Assembly: GCA_001642005.1 (NCBI GenBank)
Contig: LWCA01000230.1
Location: 1 to 38,143 of the forward strand
From: Intoshia linei
Lineage: Eukaryota > Animalia > Orthonectida
Length of the DNA stretch: 38,143 nucleotides
Direction: 5' to 3'
The notes beneath the pieces were generated by a model. It saw only the letters and a list, made by a program, of their open reading frames with translations. It was not told the DNA's origin and made no database searches. Shown piece by piece: positions 1 through 13,300 of the stretch (position 1 is its first letter; every line of letters starts with the position of its first letter). The position numbers and the translations under genes are program-made.

Positions 1-207
1 TTTATAATAAAGTTACAATAAAAACGACATTACTTATGAAACGACCTAATATTAGATACAGTGGAATGTGAGAAAACTATTCTCATGAAATGGACAATGT
101 CCATTGGACATTTGTGATTAAATTATTAAGATTAAAGAGTTGTAGTTTAGGAACCAGTGTTATACATTTGTATATAATTTTTACTGTAAAGAGATATTTT
201 AGCATAC

Positions 208-3200
208 CTTATCCAGCTGAAATATAGCAAAATTATCTTTATCTTTAATTTGATTGCTTTGGAATATATCTAAAATACATTGCAATGTATCACTATATTG
301 GCTTTAATATTAGAAGTACAAATTTTAAAATTAATTAATTAATTTAACATACTAAACATTTTTTTAAGTCTAACGATGCAATGGATAAAATCCACGAAAT
401 ATAGCTTTCCTGTGTTGCCACTATATCGGCAAATTATACATTTCAATGTTTGATTGGAAACTTTGTAATCTGATATAATAAAAACATAAATAAAATTTTG
501 ACCAATTAATTACTCAGACTGTTCAAGGCATTACGTAGTTCATAACTGTTAAAATATCCATTATTATCCAAATCAAATTGCTTGAATGTTTCCTAATATG
601 CGCTGTATATTTATAGTTAAAGAAGTTGAAAATTTATATTAGTTTATATCGAAATTTTGATTTTGATTCATTTATTCGACGAACCGTATACGGCCTTTTG
701 ACCAATCAAACATTATACATTAGCAAAAATGTTACCATTGTTAGCATTTATTAGCTTGTTAGCTGGTATTAGTATCAGCAAAATTAAAAATTATTTCCTT
801 TTTGTAAATACATTATTGCAGAGTTGGCAGATGTTAGCATTTTATCCCAAACCCTAGACCAGGCATTCTCAACCCTTTTTCGCTGTGGACTCCTAAGATG
901 ATATTATAAAAACCCTGTGGACCCCAAAAAAATTAATAATAATTACAATTTTTAATGAATCATTACATTTGGGTGAAATAAATGTTGGTCAAAAGACATG
1001 GAGTACTCTATTTTTGCGAGATGATAAAATATTAATATTAACCTTTAACCCGTCAATGTTCCCAAAATGGAACATGTTTTTCAGGTATTGTTTACAGTAC
1101 ATTATTAATATGTTTACTACATATTTTTATCAGATCAATAAAAAATCTATATTATCTATCTTCCCTGTGAAAAATTAATATTTTATATCCCTTGGTTGAT
1201 GTTTCAAAGAATCATGAATATTGACTGATTTTTTGTCCCATTTTCAATTTGAAATTTAAAGCTTTATTTTATGACTAGAAACTTAATTTTAATAAATTTT
1301 AATAAAATAATTAAATAAAACCGCTGCTCCTATAATAGAACAACGGAGATTTCCCAATAAGTTTTTACACTTGTAAGTAATTTAATTTAATACCAAAGAA
1401 TTTACTTTTACACGATTTGCACGATTTATATTAGTATTTCTGAGCCGTTAGGTTTTAAAAACGACTATATGTTACTGAAAATGTCTATAATATGTAATAA
1501 ATGTATATAATTTTCATGGACCCCCAAAAAAGTGCTGTGGACCCCGTTGAGAATGGCTGCCCTAGACGACCGCTAAATTATCATTTTAAAAATCTCACTT
1601 TTATCCGGTCATTAATTAAATTTAATACAAGACACCATTTGAAGCCCTTTATTAAAAACACCCTTCTTAGAATTTTACAAAAAACTTTGTGAGAAAAATC
1701 TTTTAATCCAACCCCAAAATAAAAAATCCAATTTTACCAACCATTAAATCTTAAGTTAAGATAAAATCTTATTTTCTACTTTTTTTTTTGAAATCTTCTA
1801 TTTTACCAAACCTCACAAAAAACAACTCTTAATCCAACCACAAAATAAAAAACCACCATTTTAGCAACCATTAACGAAAAATCCCTTTTTCCGAGTTCTG
1901 AGTTCTAAAAATTAAAAATTTGGAGACTACAAGCGTCATTGCATTCAGTTTACATTTTACAAATTAGTCATTAATCTATTTAAAACATTTTGCTAGTACC
2001 ATCAAATCGACCACCCTTGTACATTAGTATTAGTTTTGGTCACTATATCATTACGTAAATAATAATAATATACTATAATCAATAATATATTATTATATTT
2101 TAATTAATATACTTATTATATTAATTATGGCTTGTATTTATAGTGTCAGTATTTTAAATAGTTTGTCAGTAAAAATATTAAATTGTCAGTTGATATAATA
2201 AATTTTAAGTATTTTAGGTTTTTTTAGGTTAGTATTTTTTTTACTGAGAAAATATTATTTTATATGAATGTGTTTATTTTTATATCTTTTTTATGGAGTA
2301 ACTTAACATGAACAAAAACTGACAAATATGTAATTGAATACTGACAAAGTACATAATAATATTTATACTAACAATTTTTTTTGAAAATACTGTAAATATA
2401 TATTTTTTATTAAAATACTGACAGTTTCGGTAATTAAATACTGACAAATAAAATAGTTCTCATTAAAATTATTCACCCTCCATTTTTGTAATTCGCACCA
2501 TAAATCCAAAAATTCATTCAATTCCAATTTTCCAGACATATTTTTCTAAAATAAATTCAATTTTATATAACAGCTTCTGCTAATTACGTGACACAAAAAA
2601 AATAAAAAGTAAAATTACTATATAATATAAAAATTTAAAAATAATATATTTGACATTTTTAATAATATTGGTTGCAGCGCTCCCTGAAGAAAGCACTAAC
2701 GGCCACGTTGAAAACCACTGTTATATTATACTGTATATCAATGATTATTTTAATTATTTAGAATTAACTAATGCTTTAGTTGAAAATGTGCCGGGTTTAA
2801 ATGTCATTTTGTGATTAGTTATGATATTAAATATTCACTTAAATACTGATTCAAGTTTATAGTGTTCACAGTCAGTGATAATCACAATTATTTGTTATGT
2901 TTGTATAATTATCATTTTTTATCATAATCTACATTTGTACGTATATCAAATAACCGTTACAAATTGGGTATTATTAAATTATAAAAAAAAATTAAAATAT
3001 ACATCCCACGAAGCAATCATTGTTCGGCAAGTTTCCATTGTAACCTTTGGAAAATTTTTGGCTAAATTAAAACATGAAAAAATGTTTTAAAAAATATAAA
3101 ATGTTGATTCATTTCATTAATGCAGTGACTATTACCGATCACTGCGGCTCACTGGTACCCATGAGTAGTGTTAACGTGATCCGCATAGATATTTCAGTTT

Positions 3201-3225
3201 ATTTTATAAAAAAGTTTTTTTATTA

Positions 3226-3258
<33 letters not shown>

Positions 3259-6200
3259 GATTTTATATTTTTTAATCTTTGCACATTTCCAAATATCGAT
3301 GTGCTTTTTCAATCAAAATTTAAATTGCGCCCAAATATTTATGTACTTCACAAATGTGCCCTGAAGTTAAAAAGGTTAAGAAGCACTGAATTAATCTAAT
3401 GATATTTCAAATTCATCATATTACAAACATACATTACATTTCATGAAAGCTTCATTGATAATATCGACCAATTGTCTAACACCAATTTCTTCATTTTCAT
3501 TAGCAATCGCTTTGAACGTCTTTTTAAGTGATTTCATATAAGAACTATCGTGTACAAATTTGTTCATTACATCTTTTTTCTACAATAGAAATAATAATGA
3601 TACCAATATAAATTTAATGCGGCTCTAAAACAGGTTTAAATTAGCATTGAAAAGCGTGTCTTAATTTTGAGAATTTTTTTAATATTGACGTTAAATGACC
3701 TTTTTTATTTGCTTAATTTCGGTATAAAAAATGGTTTATAAAGGCACCTGTCAAGCATGGTTGGTATATAAAAATATTTATACTACAATGTATTTCAATA
3801 ACTTTGTTTTTGATAAATTATGTGAAGTTTTTCAAATTAGGATTACATATTACAATATTGTAGTATTAATAGTTTTAAAAGATTCTTCATCATATTTTAA
3901 GTTCATTTATGATATACGGTATATGATTTATCATATATGTTTTCTATAGAAAAGAAGAAAAAATATTAAAAAATACAAATAATCAAATTTAATGTTTTTT
4001 AAAATAATACGTGTATTGTTGCTTAATTATTTATATCAATTTATCTCTGCAATTTTCAGATTAGTACTTGCTTCAACCCCTTCACTTTCACAATTAAACT
4101 TGTGAGAAAGTCGTTCAATGTTTAAAATGTTGTCATGTGGAACATTTAATAATAATATACCAGGGGTGGCTTAACAGGTCGATCCCGAAATTTTTTGAGT
4201 CGATCGCTGAAATATAAAATAAAATAAAACGTTAACAGATATGAAAAGTAGTATTGATTCTTTTAAAAACACAATTCCTTTAATAATTAATGATCTCAAT
4301 TAAAAAAATTTAAATATTTTTCCAATATCACCAATTTTTGTAAAGATAACCCTAATGTTAATATTAATTGTGATAAATTTATTACTGAAATAAAAATTGT
4401 TCCACAAGATTTCAACAAAAGATTAAGTAATTTTCAAAAAATAAAAGATATATTAGAATATTAATTATCATTTCAAATCTGACGTAAATACAAGTTATAT
4501 TTTAAAAAAAAATCACTTATTTGATTTTGTTTGCGATAAAATAGAAATTGCAAATTGTATCATTAAAATCTGATCTATTTTTAAGGGCTCATTCTATGGA
4601 TAACGATTTCTGGAAATATGTATCCAAAGAGAAATACAATATAATTAAGATGTGTTCAGAATATGTTCAATCATGTTTCGGTTCGACATACTTATTCGAA
4701 TCAGCGTTTTCTGTAATGAACTCAATAAAATCGAAAAATCGGTCGTCCCTTACTGATAAAAACTTGGAAAATTTAATTAAATTATCCTTGTCAAATTACA
4801 CTCATAATTTTAATAAACTAGTAAATGACACAAAAATACAACCATCTCATTAATGATTAAAAGTAAATATTTCAACTAATTATTAACTAACATAAATATT
4901 TTAGTAATGCAACGAAAAATTTGGATTTTTTTTAACTATGAAGTGTATTTAATTTATATAATAAAATTTTTATATTTTTTAATTTATATTATAATGTCAT
5001 ATTACTTATTAAAAATCAGTATAATCGATTGCTAGTATTTAAAAAAAATATAAAGTCGATCTCTAAAAAATCAAGTTGGCCAGCCCTGTAATATACAATT
5101 ATAGACATTTGACCACTTATATACTACGCTTGTTAATATATAATAATTATATAGTACAATATTTCATTATTTAAAAATTAATATTTCTAAATAAATGACA
5201 TTTTTACCTTTTCTGAGGGGGGTACATATGTTATTTCGTTATTTTCTCTAAAAAAAAATTTTAAAATAAATAATTATATACAGTCAATCCTGTTCAACAT
5301 GAAAATCAAAATTGATAAAATTTCGTACGCTCATGTTCAAATTTAACGGGATTGACTATATTGAAATAAGAATCACGCAAAGATTAAATTAAAAAATCTC
5401 AATTTAAAAATGAAATAATATAAATAACCTATATTGATATTTCATTTCACCAAAAACAGTAAGCATAAAATCTCCAATTTCATCTGGTTTATATGAGGTA
5501 GGAATAATACAATATTCTCCTTCTTCTAATTCAAGACGCATAACTACATCTCTGGAATTTTGGTATTTTGACTTACCAAATGATGGATTATGACTAAAAT
5601 AGTGTCTATCCAGTAGTTTGTTTTTATACTTGTCTTTAATCTATAAGAGTATCATCATTTTAATACACAACCTTTTAAAACTACATATTATTTAAATATT
5701 AGTCATCAAACAAAGATTCGAACGATTAAGGTTTAATTATTAAGGGTTTACAATTTAAAGAAATAACTGACATGATTTAGAAAAATAAGTTATCTCCGTA
5801 TTAAATATTTTTAAAAAAAAATCGCACGGACGGATAAAATCATGCAATAAATTTAAATTATATACAAAATTTTAAATTTTAATTTTAAAAAACAAAGGGA
5901 GCAAACGATGAAATGACTGAACTAGTGGTGGGAGAATCATTCGCACCATAATCGTCCCATAGCGAGACTTGACATTGCCCAGTGCATATGTTAATTTATA
6001 AAAATTTTATTATAATTTATCAAGTCGCAGTGGATTGTTGGAGTGGCGGTTCGACACTACAAATATTTAATATTATTACCACCGGAACCAAATTTTAAAA
6101 TTTTTTTCATGTAATATTGTAATTAAAACCTTATAAATCATAAAACCGATTGACAATCTCCGATCCACATTATTTAATTTAGCCAATTTTTGAGTTAAAC

Positions 6201-9200
6201 AAATTATAATTGTTTGATTTTGATTCCTAGTCTGATTTTTAGTTTGATTTTCTTTTTTAATATCAAAATTTTGAACTTTAACAATGTATTGAGGATTTGC
6301 CCAGAAAGTTTCTAGTAAAGAATTAATTCACACAAGAAATAAAAACCATTAAAATTTCGACAACCACCAGCATTAATTCCACTAATCCAGTTTCCACTAA
6401 AAGTGTGTTTTTCCCAATAACTTTCAATACATTTATTTTGTTTAGTTGAATAAGGAGGACACAAAGAACAAATATCAACTTGAGTAAAATTTTCAATAAA
6501 TTCTGATAAAGGTATCCTTAAAAATATACATAAATTTATGAAAAAAAATAATAATAATATTAATACGTCAATACAAATCAAGTAAAAAACACTATAACAG
6601 TATAAGTATCCAAGTTGGCCAACAAAATACTATGCTTAGATCAATTATTATGCAAAACCCAAATTTTGCATTTTGAGCAATTTAATCATTGTCCAACGTT
6701 ACGAATTATAGAATTACCAAGATTCACCATCATTTTCAAAGTTTAATTTAATGCTTTTTTTATCATTTTCGTGCAACATGTTCCATTCTTTAGAACTTAA
6801 AAAAGAAATTTAAAAATTTTATATAAAAAATGAGGCGTAATTACTTGTCACTCCATGGACCATTCCATTCGTGTTCATTTCCCCATGGATTTCTAATACG
6901 AATCATATTTGTTTGACAAGGTTTATCGTTAACTTTATATTGAATTTGCTTTACGTTGGTTATTGTATAAGCGTGATTTGCAATCAAACCATTTTTTTGT
7001 TTTTGTTCGTTGTGACCTTTCTGTTAAAATATGTTGTAAAAAGTATATTAATTAATATACTACCATCTGATTTATTGTGTAAAGATCCCTAAACCCCATA
7101 ATTAAATTCAATCTTAATGGATAATCTATTAATTCTTGGGGGGAATGTAATCAAAATTAAAAAAATTTCCCAAGATTAAAATTTATATTTCACATCTTTT
7201 AATTATTAAAGATAATTGTATTGTAAATGCAATAATAATTATATTTAAATTATAATGAACAGCAAAAATTACATTGATGGAGCAACCAATTAGACATTTT
7301 CTTTTCCTTGAATTCAACAACAGATTGAATAAACTTTCAATAGAGCAGTCTTTCATTTCATAAATTTCACAAACGCCACCAGTAAAATCTACCATAGCTT
7401 CGCTAATAATACCACCTTTTAATGATTCATACGAACCACGAAATCTAAATTTTTTAATTTTAATTTAATTAGACTGTTAAGAATAATTAATAACATTTAA
7501 AACAATGGTTTCGGATTCAAATAGTTCATGAATCCAATTTCAAAATATTTATTTTTTTAACCCCAAAGGTAACAAGAAATACAGTATTCTCTCGCCAACT
7601 CTAACTCGCAATTCATTTAAAATATAAACTAAAAGTTTTAAAACAATTTTTCAAAATAAGTTAAGTTATTTTGTATCAAATTTTACAATTTGTATTAAAA
7701 TTTACATTTTATTGCAATTTAACCTTTAATTTAAAGGTTTTATCTGCTGTTTCTATAGTTAAAATTATCTATCTTGCCAACTTTTTCTAAATGGCAAGAA
7801 TGGTGAGTAATAGAGAGAATATTGTATATAATTTATGAAAAAAAAAATTTCTTATACGATTTGGTAAAATAGTGTTTTTCAAAAAAATATTGGAAATAAG
7901 TGATTTTCTTTTAATTTAGGTTAATAAAATTGTATTTTTTATTTTGGGTTTTGGTTTAACAAGTTTTTGCTCATAATTTGATAAAATCGGATTTTTCAAA
8001 AAACCATGGTTAAAATTCGATTTTTCCATGAAAATTTAAATGGTATTTTTTATTAAATTTTATTAATGGTGAAATTAATAGTGGGATTTTTGAAATAATA
8101 ATGTAGCGGTCGTCTAAGCTTTAGGATAAATCCACAAATTTGGTATTAATATTAAAAATTCTAAAATTAAACATAAGTTGATAAAATTTTTATATAATTT
8201 ATTTGAATCTCACGGACTCCAAGGTATATAATTTTGGACCCAAGGGGGTCCAGGGACCCCAATCGGGAACCACTAATTTAAAGTATGTAAAAATGAAAAA
8301 CTTTGCATATGCTTTTTCTAAAAGTGAAGACCAAAACTCGTTTTTCGTTTCAGAATGTAAAAAAACTAAATCATCGTCAATTGTCGGTAATCTATCATCA
8401 ACAGTAACTTGTATCCATTTTCCATAAGAATAAAATGAGAATTTAAAACTTCCATTATAATTTGGATCATTAAATGATTGATTAGTATCAACAACAGTTG
8501 AAAATATTTGATTATATTCGCATATTGCAGCAATTACAGCTAATAACCAACAGTCTCCTAAAATAATAAATGTAACATTTAAAAATAGCTAGGACTATTC
8601 AAAATCAAATTTAAATTAAATTGAATTGATTTTATTAAATTGGACTTATTGACTAATTACTTAAAGATTTACTTATATTTCAAAAATTTAACGTAATTAT
8701 GATATTCTAAATTAAAGCGCATCTACAATTTGTAGATACATAAATAAGAAATTGCCTGTTCGTAAAAATTCCGCCAAAATAGTATAATGATATATTTATT
8801 AAAAATCATCTTCATGGTTTTATAATCATTACCTGTGAAAATTAAAAAAATTGGCGCAATTTTACATGATTCAAATTTAAATAAAAATAAATTACAGAAT
8901 GGAATATATTTTTGATAATTGAGGTAATGTTATGAATATTATGATAAATAATGATAAAATTTGAATATAAAATTGATTAATGTAAATTTTGACATTAACC
9001 ATTTTATTTTTAAATCGATTTTAATTAACTGAAAAGATAAAATCTTTCAATCATTTTTTAGATAAAAAATAAACAATAAATATATTGAATTTGTCAATTT
9101 TTCGAGACAAATTTATTCATATAGAATCTATATGATTGAACCAATACTTGATAGAAATAACCAGTTTATGCGTTAAAATTTACATTTAAACAACTACAAT

Positions 9201-9497
9201 TAACATTATCATTGATAACCCATATATTAATAAAAATTTTAAAATAACCAAGTAATCCCTGTTTAACATCAAATCGTGATATACCACCAACGACAAATTT
9301 TGGATTATCGCAAATTTCCTATTAATAAAAATTAAAATAATAAAATTTTTAGATTTAGATTTGACTTGAATAATAAAGCATTACATGAGGTCTTTTCCAG
9401 ACAATTTTGTTGGGTAGATTTTGATTGGGAAAAATAGAACTATTATTAGCCGGAAATGTTGAATCTTCAAACAAATTTTTTTTCATTGTATATGCGT
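208..9497 (-). CDS. Classical calpain (CysPc protease core + C2-like domain + penta-EF-hand), at least 16 exons; extreme 5' and 3' ends uncertain
   Basis: Hand-spliced GT-AG exons with consistent phases: 9385-9497, 9249-9318, 8302-8557, 7273-7444, 6845-7020, 6718-6795, 6347-6516, 6130-6311, 5429-5640, 5208-5247, 3438-3579, 3003-3061, 2477-2545, 514-592, 353-469, 208-269. Protease core: LFEDSTFPA..IVWKRP, catalytic QGLLGDCWLLA, VDDRLP, EFWSSLLEKAYAK, DFTGG, GLIANHAY (His), IRNPWG (Asn). C2L: AGGCRNF..TFWANPQY and GEYCIIPTSY. PEF: TMETCRTMIASWD..SGKLELNEFLDLW and FDLDNNGYFNSYELRNAL. In-frame ATG at 9486. Last exon probably lies left of the window. Confidence 0.95.
819..1895 (+). repeat. Family A array unit (interrupted by the hAT MITE at 860-1559)
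   Basis: CAGAGTTGGCAGATGTT...CCCTAGAC|GACCGCTAAATTATC anchor, followed by AAAAATCC.ATTTTACCAA monomers. Confidence 0.75.
860..1559. mobile_element. hAT MITE inserted into a copy of the tandem-array repeat
   Basis: TIRs CAGGCATTCTCAAC...GTTGAGAATGGCTG. Perfect TSD CCCTAGAC (852-859 and 1560-1567). Subterminal GTGGACCCC repeats. Confidence 0.92.
1932..2021 (-). mobile_element. Tc1/mariner-like terminal fragment (second copy ~28945-29008)
   Basis: Reverse complement begins TA-CAAGGGTGGTC. AGCGTCATTG...TAGTACCA.CAAAT.GACCACCCTT is shared between the copies. A similar end occurs at ~32656. Confidence 0.5.
2129..2460. mobile_element. Palindromic MITE-like element with TGTCAGT/ACTGACA subterminal arrays
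   Basis: Left end GGCTTGTATTTATAG, then repeated TGTCAGT. Right half has repeated ACTGACA. Second copy at 34577-34830. Confidence 0.7.
3123..3388 (+). mobile_element. hAT MITE (family C) with internal (ATT)n microsatellite
   Basis: CAGTG...GGTTAAGAAGCACTG ends. Imperfect TSD CATTAATG/AATTAATC. Both ends align with 30839-31261. Confidence 0.7.
4161..5088 (+). mobile_element. Internally deleted hAT (Buster/Charlie-type) DNA transposon with transposase C-terminal remnant
   Basis: TIRs CAGGGGTGGC...GCCAGCCCTG. Perfect 8-bp TSD TAATATAC (4153-4160 and 5089-5096). ORF 4548-4853 encodes the hAT dimerisation domain FGSTYLFESAFSVMNSIKSKNRSSL...QPSH. Lies in a calpain intron. Confidence 0.93.
5281..5358. 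mobile_element. 78-bp Tigger-like micro-MITE
   Basis: TA-flanked CAGTCAATCCTGTT...AACGGGATTGACTA. Lies inside a calpain intron. Confidence 0.7.
7503..8275 (-). mobile_element. hAT MITE family A, reverse-orientation copy
   Basis: Ends CAATGGTTTC...ATCGGGAACCACTA. TSD ATTTAAAA/ATTTAAAG. Shares the GTAGCGGTCGTCTAAGCTT anchor and the array with 17791-18520. Confidence 0.8.
7582..7824 (+). mobile_element. Tigger/pogo-like MITE (family B), nested in a family A element
   Basis: TA-flanked TIR CAGTATTCTCTC...GAGAGAATATTG. Highly similar to 30134-30351. Confidence 0.85.
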
Positions 9498-10374
9498 CTA
9501 TTTAAAGAGTGTAAATAGCATATATACTAATCTTTTAATTTTAAATGTTTAAATTTAGTTTAGTAACATGATAAAATTTGTATCTAAACACTGAAAAATA
9601 TAAAGTATATAAATTTGTTTGCAAAATCAATAATTTTATATTAAAAAATGTCTGACTTTTGATAAAAATTAAAATTATTATGTTTCTAAACTATTGTAAA
9701 ATATGCAGTGATTACAAGAATTCTTTTAATTTATGTACATTTTAATTGCATGTAAATGAATTCAAAATTTATAATTACGATAAATATTAAAATTTAAAGT
9801 TTTTTTACATATACAAATACAAGTTTGTTTAGTATCATCATGTATAACTGTTTTATGTTTATTTTTACCCTTTAATTTATACGAAAGCATACTTATTAAT
9901 CCCTAACACAATTTGACAGGGTAATAATCTCACATAGTTTAGATTCCAATATTTATACGTATACCAGTAACTTCCTAGCAGGAAGGCACAATCTGTCAAA
10001 TAAAAAAAAGTAATTGTAACAAATTAATTTGATTGTTTGGATTTTGGACCCGGTTTGGAAACTCTATTCTAAGATATGTAATTTAACATAATATAATGTA
10101 TATAATATTTTGAAGCATATTATTAAAAATTTATCAAATTTTGACACACTACATATATGAAAAATAATCTTAATTTTAATATATTATTATTTAAATTGGT
10201 TTGATTAAAAATAATTATGTTAATTAATTTTATGAGTGTGACTATACACTTATTTAACGACGTTCTTTATAAAGCGTTAAATCAATTTATTTTTTGATTT
10301 ATATTTTCTTTAATTCTATGATTGGTTTTATATTTGTATAAATATCTTTATTTTAAGAATTTTAAGATCTGGGA

Positions 10375-13300
10375 ATGAAAGTTTTAAAAATATTCACGAA
10401 AATTTCGTTAAAAATATTATTGAAATTCATTTATTTTATATTTTTCCTTGTATTCTTTGTATTTGCCTATTTGCAGGTATATATAATTTAAAAACAAAAT
10501 ATGCTCGTAAAAACTTTTTATTTATTTTACATTTAAATGTTTTGTTTAAATTATTATAATCAGGCCTGGACACCAATGTCCATCTGAATAATTTTCGTAA
10601 CCCTTTGACAAAAATCGTAAATATTAGTATAAATATTTTTCACATTCACCAGTTACAAAATTATGCAAGATTAGTAGATCAATAATTCTAAACTTATTAA
10701 ATATTGTCGGCCCTGGTTTAAACTTTAAAGTATCAGAAATTATGATTGTATGTTTAGATCAACGACATGGATTTTTATATATGGCTGGTAATTATTTAAC
10801 AGTTTAAATTCGTGATTCAAACTAAAATTACATTTACAGATTATATTGTATCTAGAATCCATCTAGTAATCTAATGTAATCTAGTATCTAGAATCTAAAA
10901 TATTTTTAAAAAAAAAGGGTAATCTGTTGATTTGACTGAGAAACTGCACTTTTTTGGGTTTGCAAATGATATTTATGATAATGCTTATTATTTTAAAAAC
11001 TATCATATATTTTATCTTTATTTATACATTAAAGTAAAAAGTAGTGTGATATGACGGTTCCACCTGAAACAAAATTGGGAACCAATCCTTTAAAGGATTT
11101 ATAATAGTGAATAGTAGGATTTTTAAGTTAGATTTTCAACGTGAATTTATTTATTTGGTAGAATAAAAATGTGCCCTCGCCAGAGCTAGATGCTATTTGT
11201 ACGTAGCACATAACAGTCAACCTAGTCTTTTATAAAATTCTAGGACTTTTTATTTAAATTTTTTAAAAAAAGGTTATTTGGGTTTTGACGATGAGATTTA
11301 TGACAAAGAGTATTGCTTTAAAAAGCGCCCCGGTATACATGTATATGTTTTTTAAATTTTAGGGCGGTTAATTTTTTAGATAAACGGTAAAACACGTAAT
11401 ACAGACAAAAATTTAATTTTATATAAGTAAAGGATAAATAATTGCTCATTTATCCCACATGTTAAGTCTTAAGACTTATATTAATTAATTTGTCACTAAT
11501 TCAATTCCTAAAAAATATATTGCGATTTTACGATTTTCAGAACTTTACATTTTCCAAAGAGAAATTTATATTCTGTTATTAAATGGTTTAATAAAATTTT
11601 TTTTATAAATTTTAAAAATTCCAGAACTTTTAGAAATTAGATACTCACGCAAATATTCAAATTTATATTGATAAGAGTTGCAAAAATATGGGGTGTGTTA
11701 CACAAAAATTGTAATAACCACTTCAGTAATGTATATCTAATTCTATTTAGCCTGTCTACTTGTTTGCGAGTCTTTTTTCTATATGGGTTGTATTTTGCGA
11801 TGTAGCTAATCTCAGTAATTAATTTAAAAATTCAAACATGATAAAAGAAGGGCCGGAAATCTTTTATAGCAGAGGGTTAATTTCTCAAGTTAAAAATCTT
11901 ACGACACTTATAATAAGTATATAATATATTTATATAGCAATATAGAAAGTAAATTCGAAAATAAAATCAAAAGTGGAGTATTAATTATGAGGTTAGATTC
12001 GAAAATTATTTTCTGGTGTATTTTAAAATAAAATTGTTAATCAGGGCTTCCAATTGCAGCAAAAGTTAAATTATTTATTTTTACGAGAGACAATGATAAT
12101 TATTTTTATCAAACTTTTAAATGTAAGAAACAATTACGAATAATTTTCATTCAACATATCTTGTAGGTTTCAATGCTGCGCAAGTGAACCTTGTTTATTC
12201 AGCAATCTATTTCTTTTATTATTTTTTATTAAATTTAATTTATTGATGTGTGTATTTATAATGCTAGGACTCGTTTGATTTATCCAAAAAGGGACAATTT
12301 TTGTTTTTGACCTTGAACGACTCAATTTCTAAAAATGAATATTGTGATAAAAACTTACCATCGTCAAACTGTAATAGAAATAAGAAATGTTTAAAACTCG
12401 ACTCCTTTTACTTTCTTAAATAAATAGACATATAAAAATTAGAAATACATTTTTACCTAAATTACTTTACAATTGTTATTAAGTAATAATTTTTTTAAGT
12501 ATGACAAATTAAATGAATTATATTAATGTATTATTAACACGAAAACACGTTTTGTCACCACTGGCGTAAATGGAAAACATTTCATCACATAATCCTAAAT
12601 CCATACTAATGGTTTTCTACAGTGGGCGAATCGCTAGTTTTAGAAATATTGGTTGAAGAAACGTTGAAATGAACCTACAACGTATATTAATAAACATACG
12701 TAAATTTCATTATTTCATACTCTTATTTATACTTATATTTTAGGAAAGATGTGTTTTGTATATGTTCTGACATGCTATGTTACAGTTACATCACTCATAT
12801 TAGTATATTCTCTATATTCATATCAAAAAATATCCGAAACAAAACTGAAGAAAGAAATTTTATTGTAGCTATTTACATTATGTTAATGAAGAATTAGATA
12901 AGACTTTAATATACGCAGGGCCATGGAGATTCAGAAGTAGGCCCGGTCAGATGGACATTGTAGGCGCCATATCAAAGTTATTTTAAAAATGGGACGCCTA
13001 TACATTGTTTAATCGATCGTTTATTGTCTAAAAATTAAAAATAACAGTTGGAAATAGTATTAGTCATTTTAAAAATAGCTAAATTTATCGGTAGATATTA
13101 ATAAATTAAAATAGTAAGACACTCCACGGTCCTGAATATACCAATAATCTAGTGCAGGGGTTATCAAACATTTTTATATCACCACCCACACATGAAATAA
13201 AAAATTAATTTTTATATAAATTATTAACCAATCCGTCGTACGTGTATGTAAAGCAGTGATTCCCAACGTGGGGCTTAGAAAATTTGAGTGGGGCTTGTGA

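Noticed and set aside
184-207. 24-nt terminal calpain intron leading straight into TAA
   Set aside because: It is shorter than the other introns here and would remove the usual last PEF helix. The final exon more likely lies outside the window.
969-1692. Short ORFs 969-1178 and 1501-1692 (likewise 3074-3364, 14995-15207, 31903-32130, 32650-32850)
   Set aside because: They fall in MITEs, repeats or introns, with composition-driven I/F/K/N-rich translations.
7060-7088. Calpain micro-exon GSLHNKSD
   Set aside because: The flanking exons already join in phase 0 with normal spacing. Including it would need a secondary acceptor.
8203-8427. Plus-strand ORFs 8203-8427, 6871-7092 and 2875-3090
   Set aside because: They are antisense shadows of calpain exons or MITE ends.
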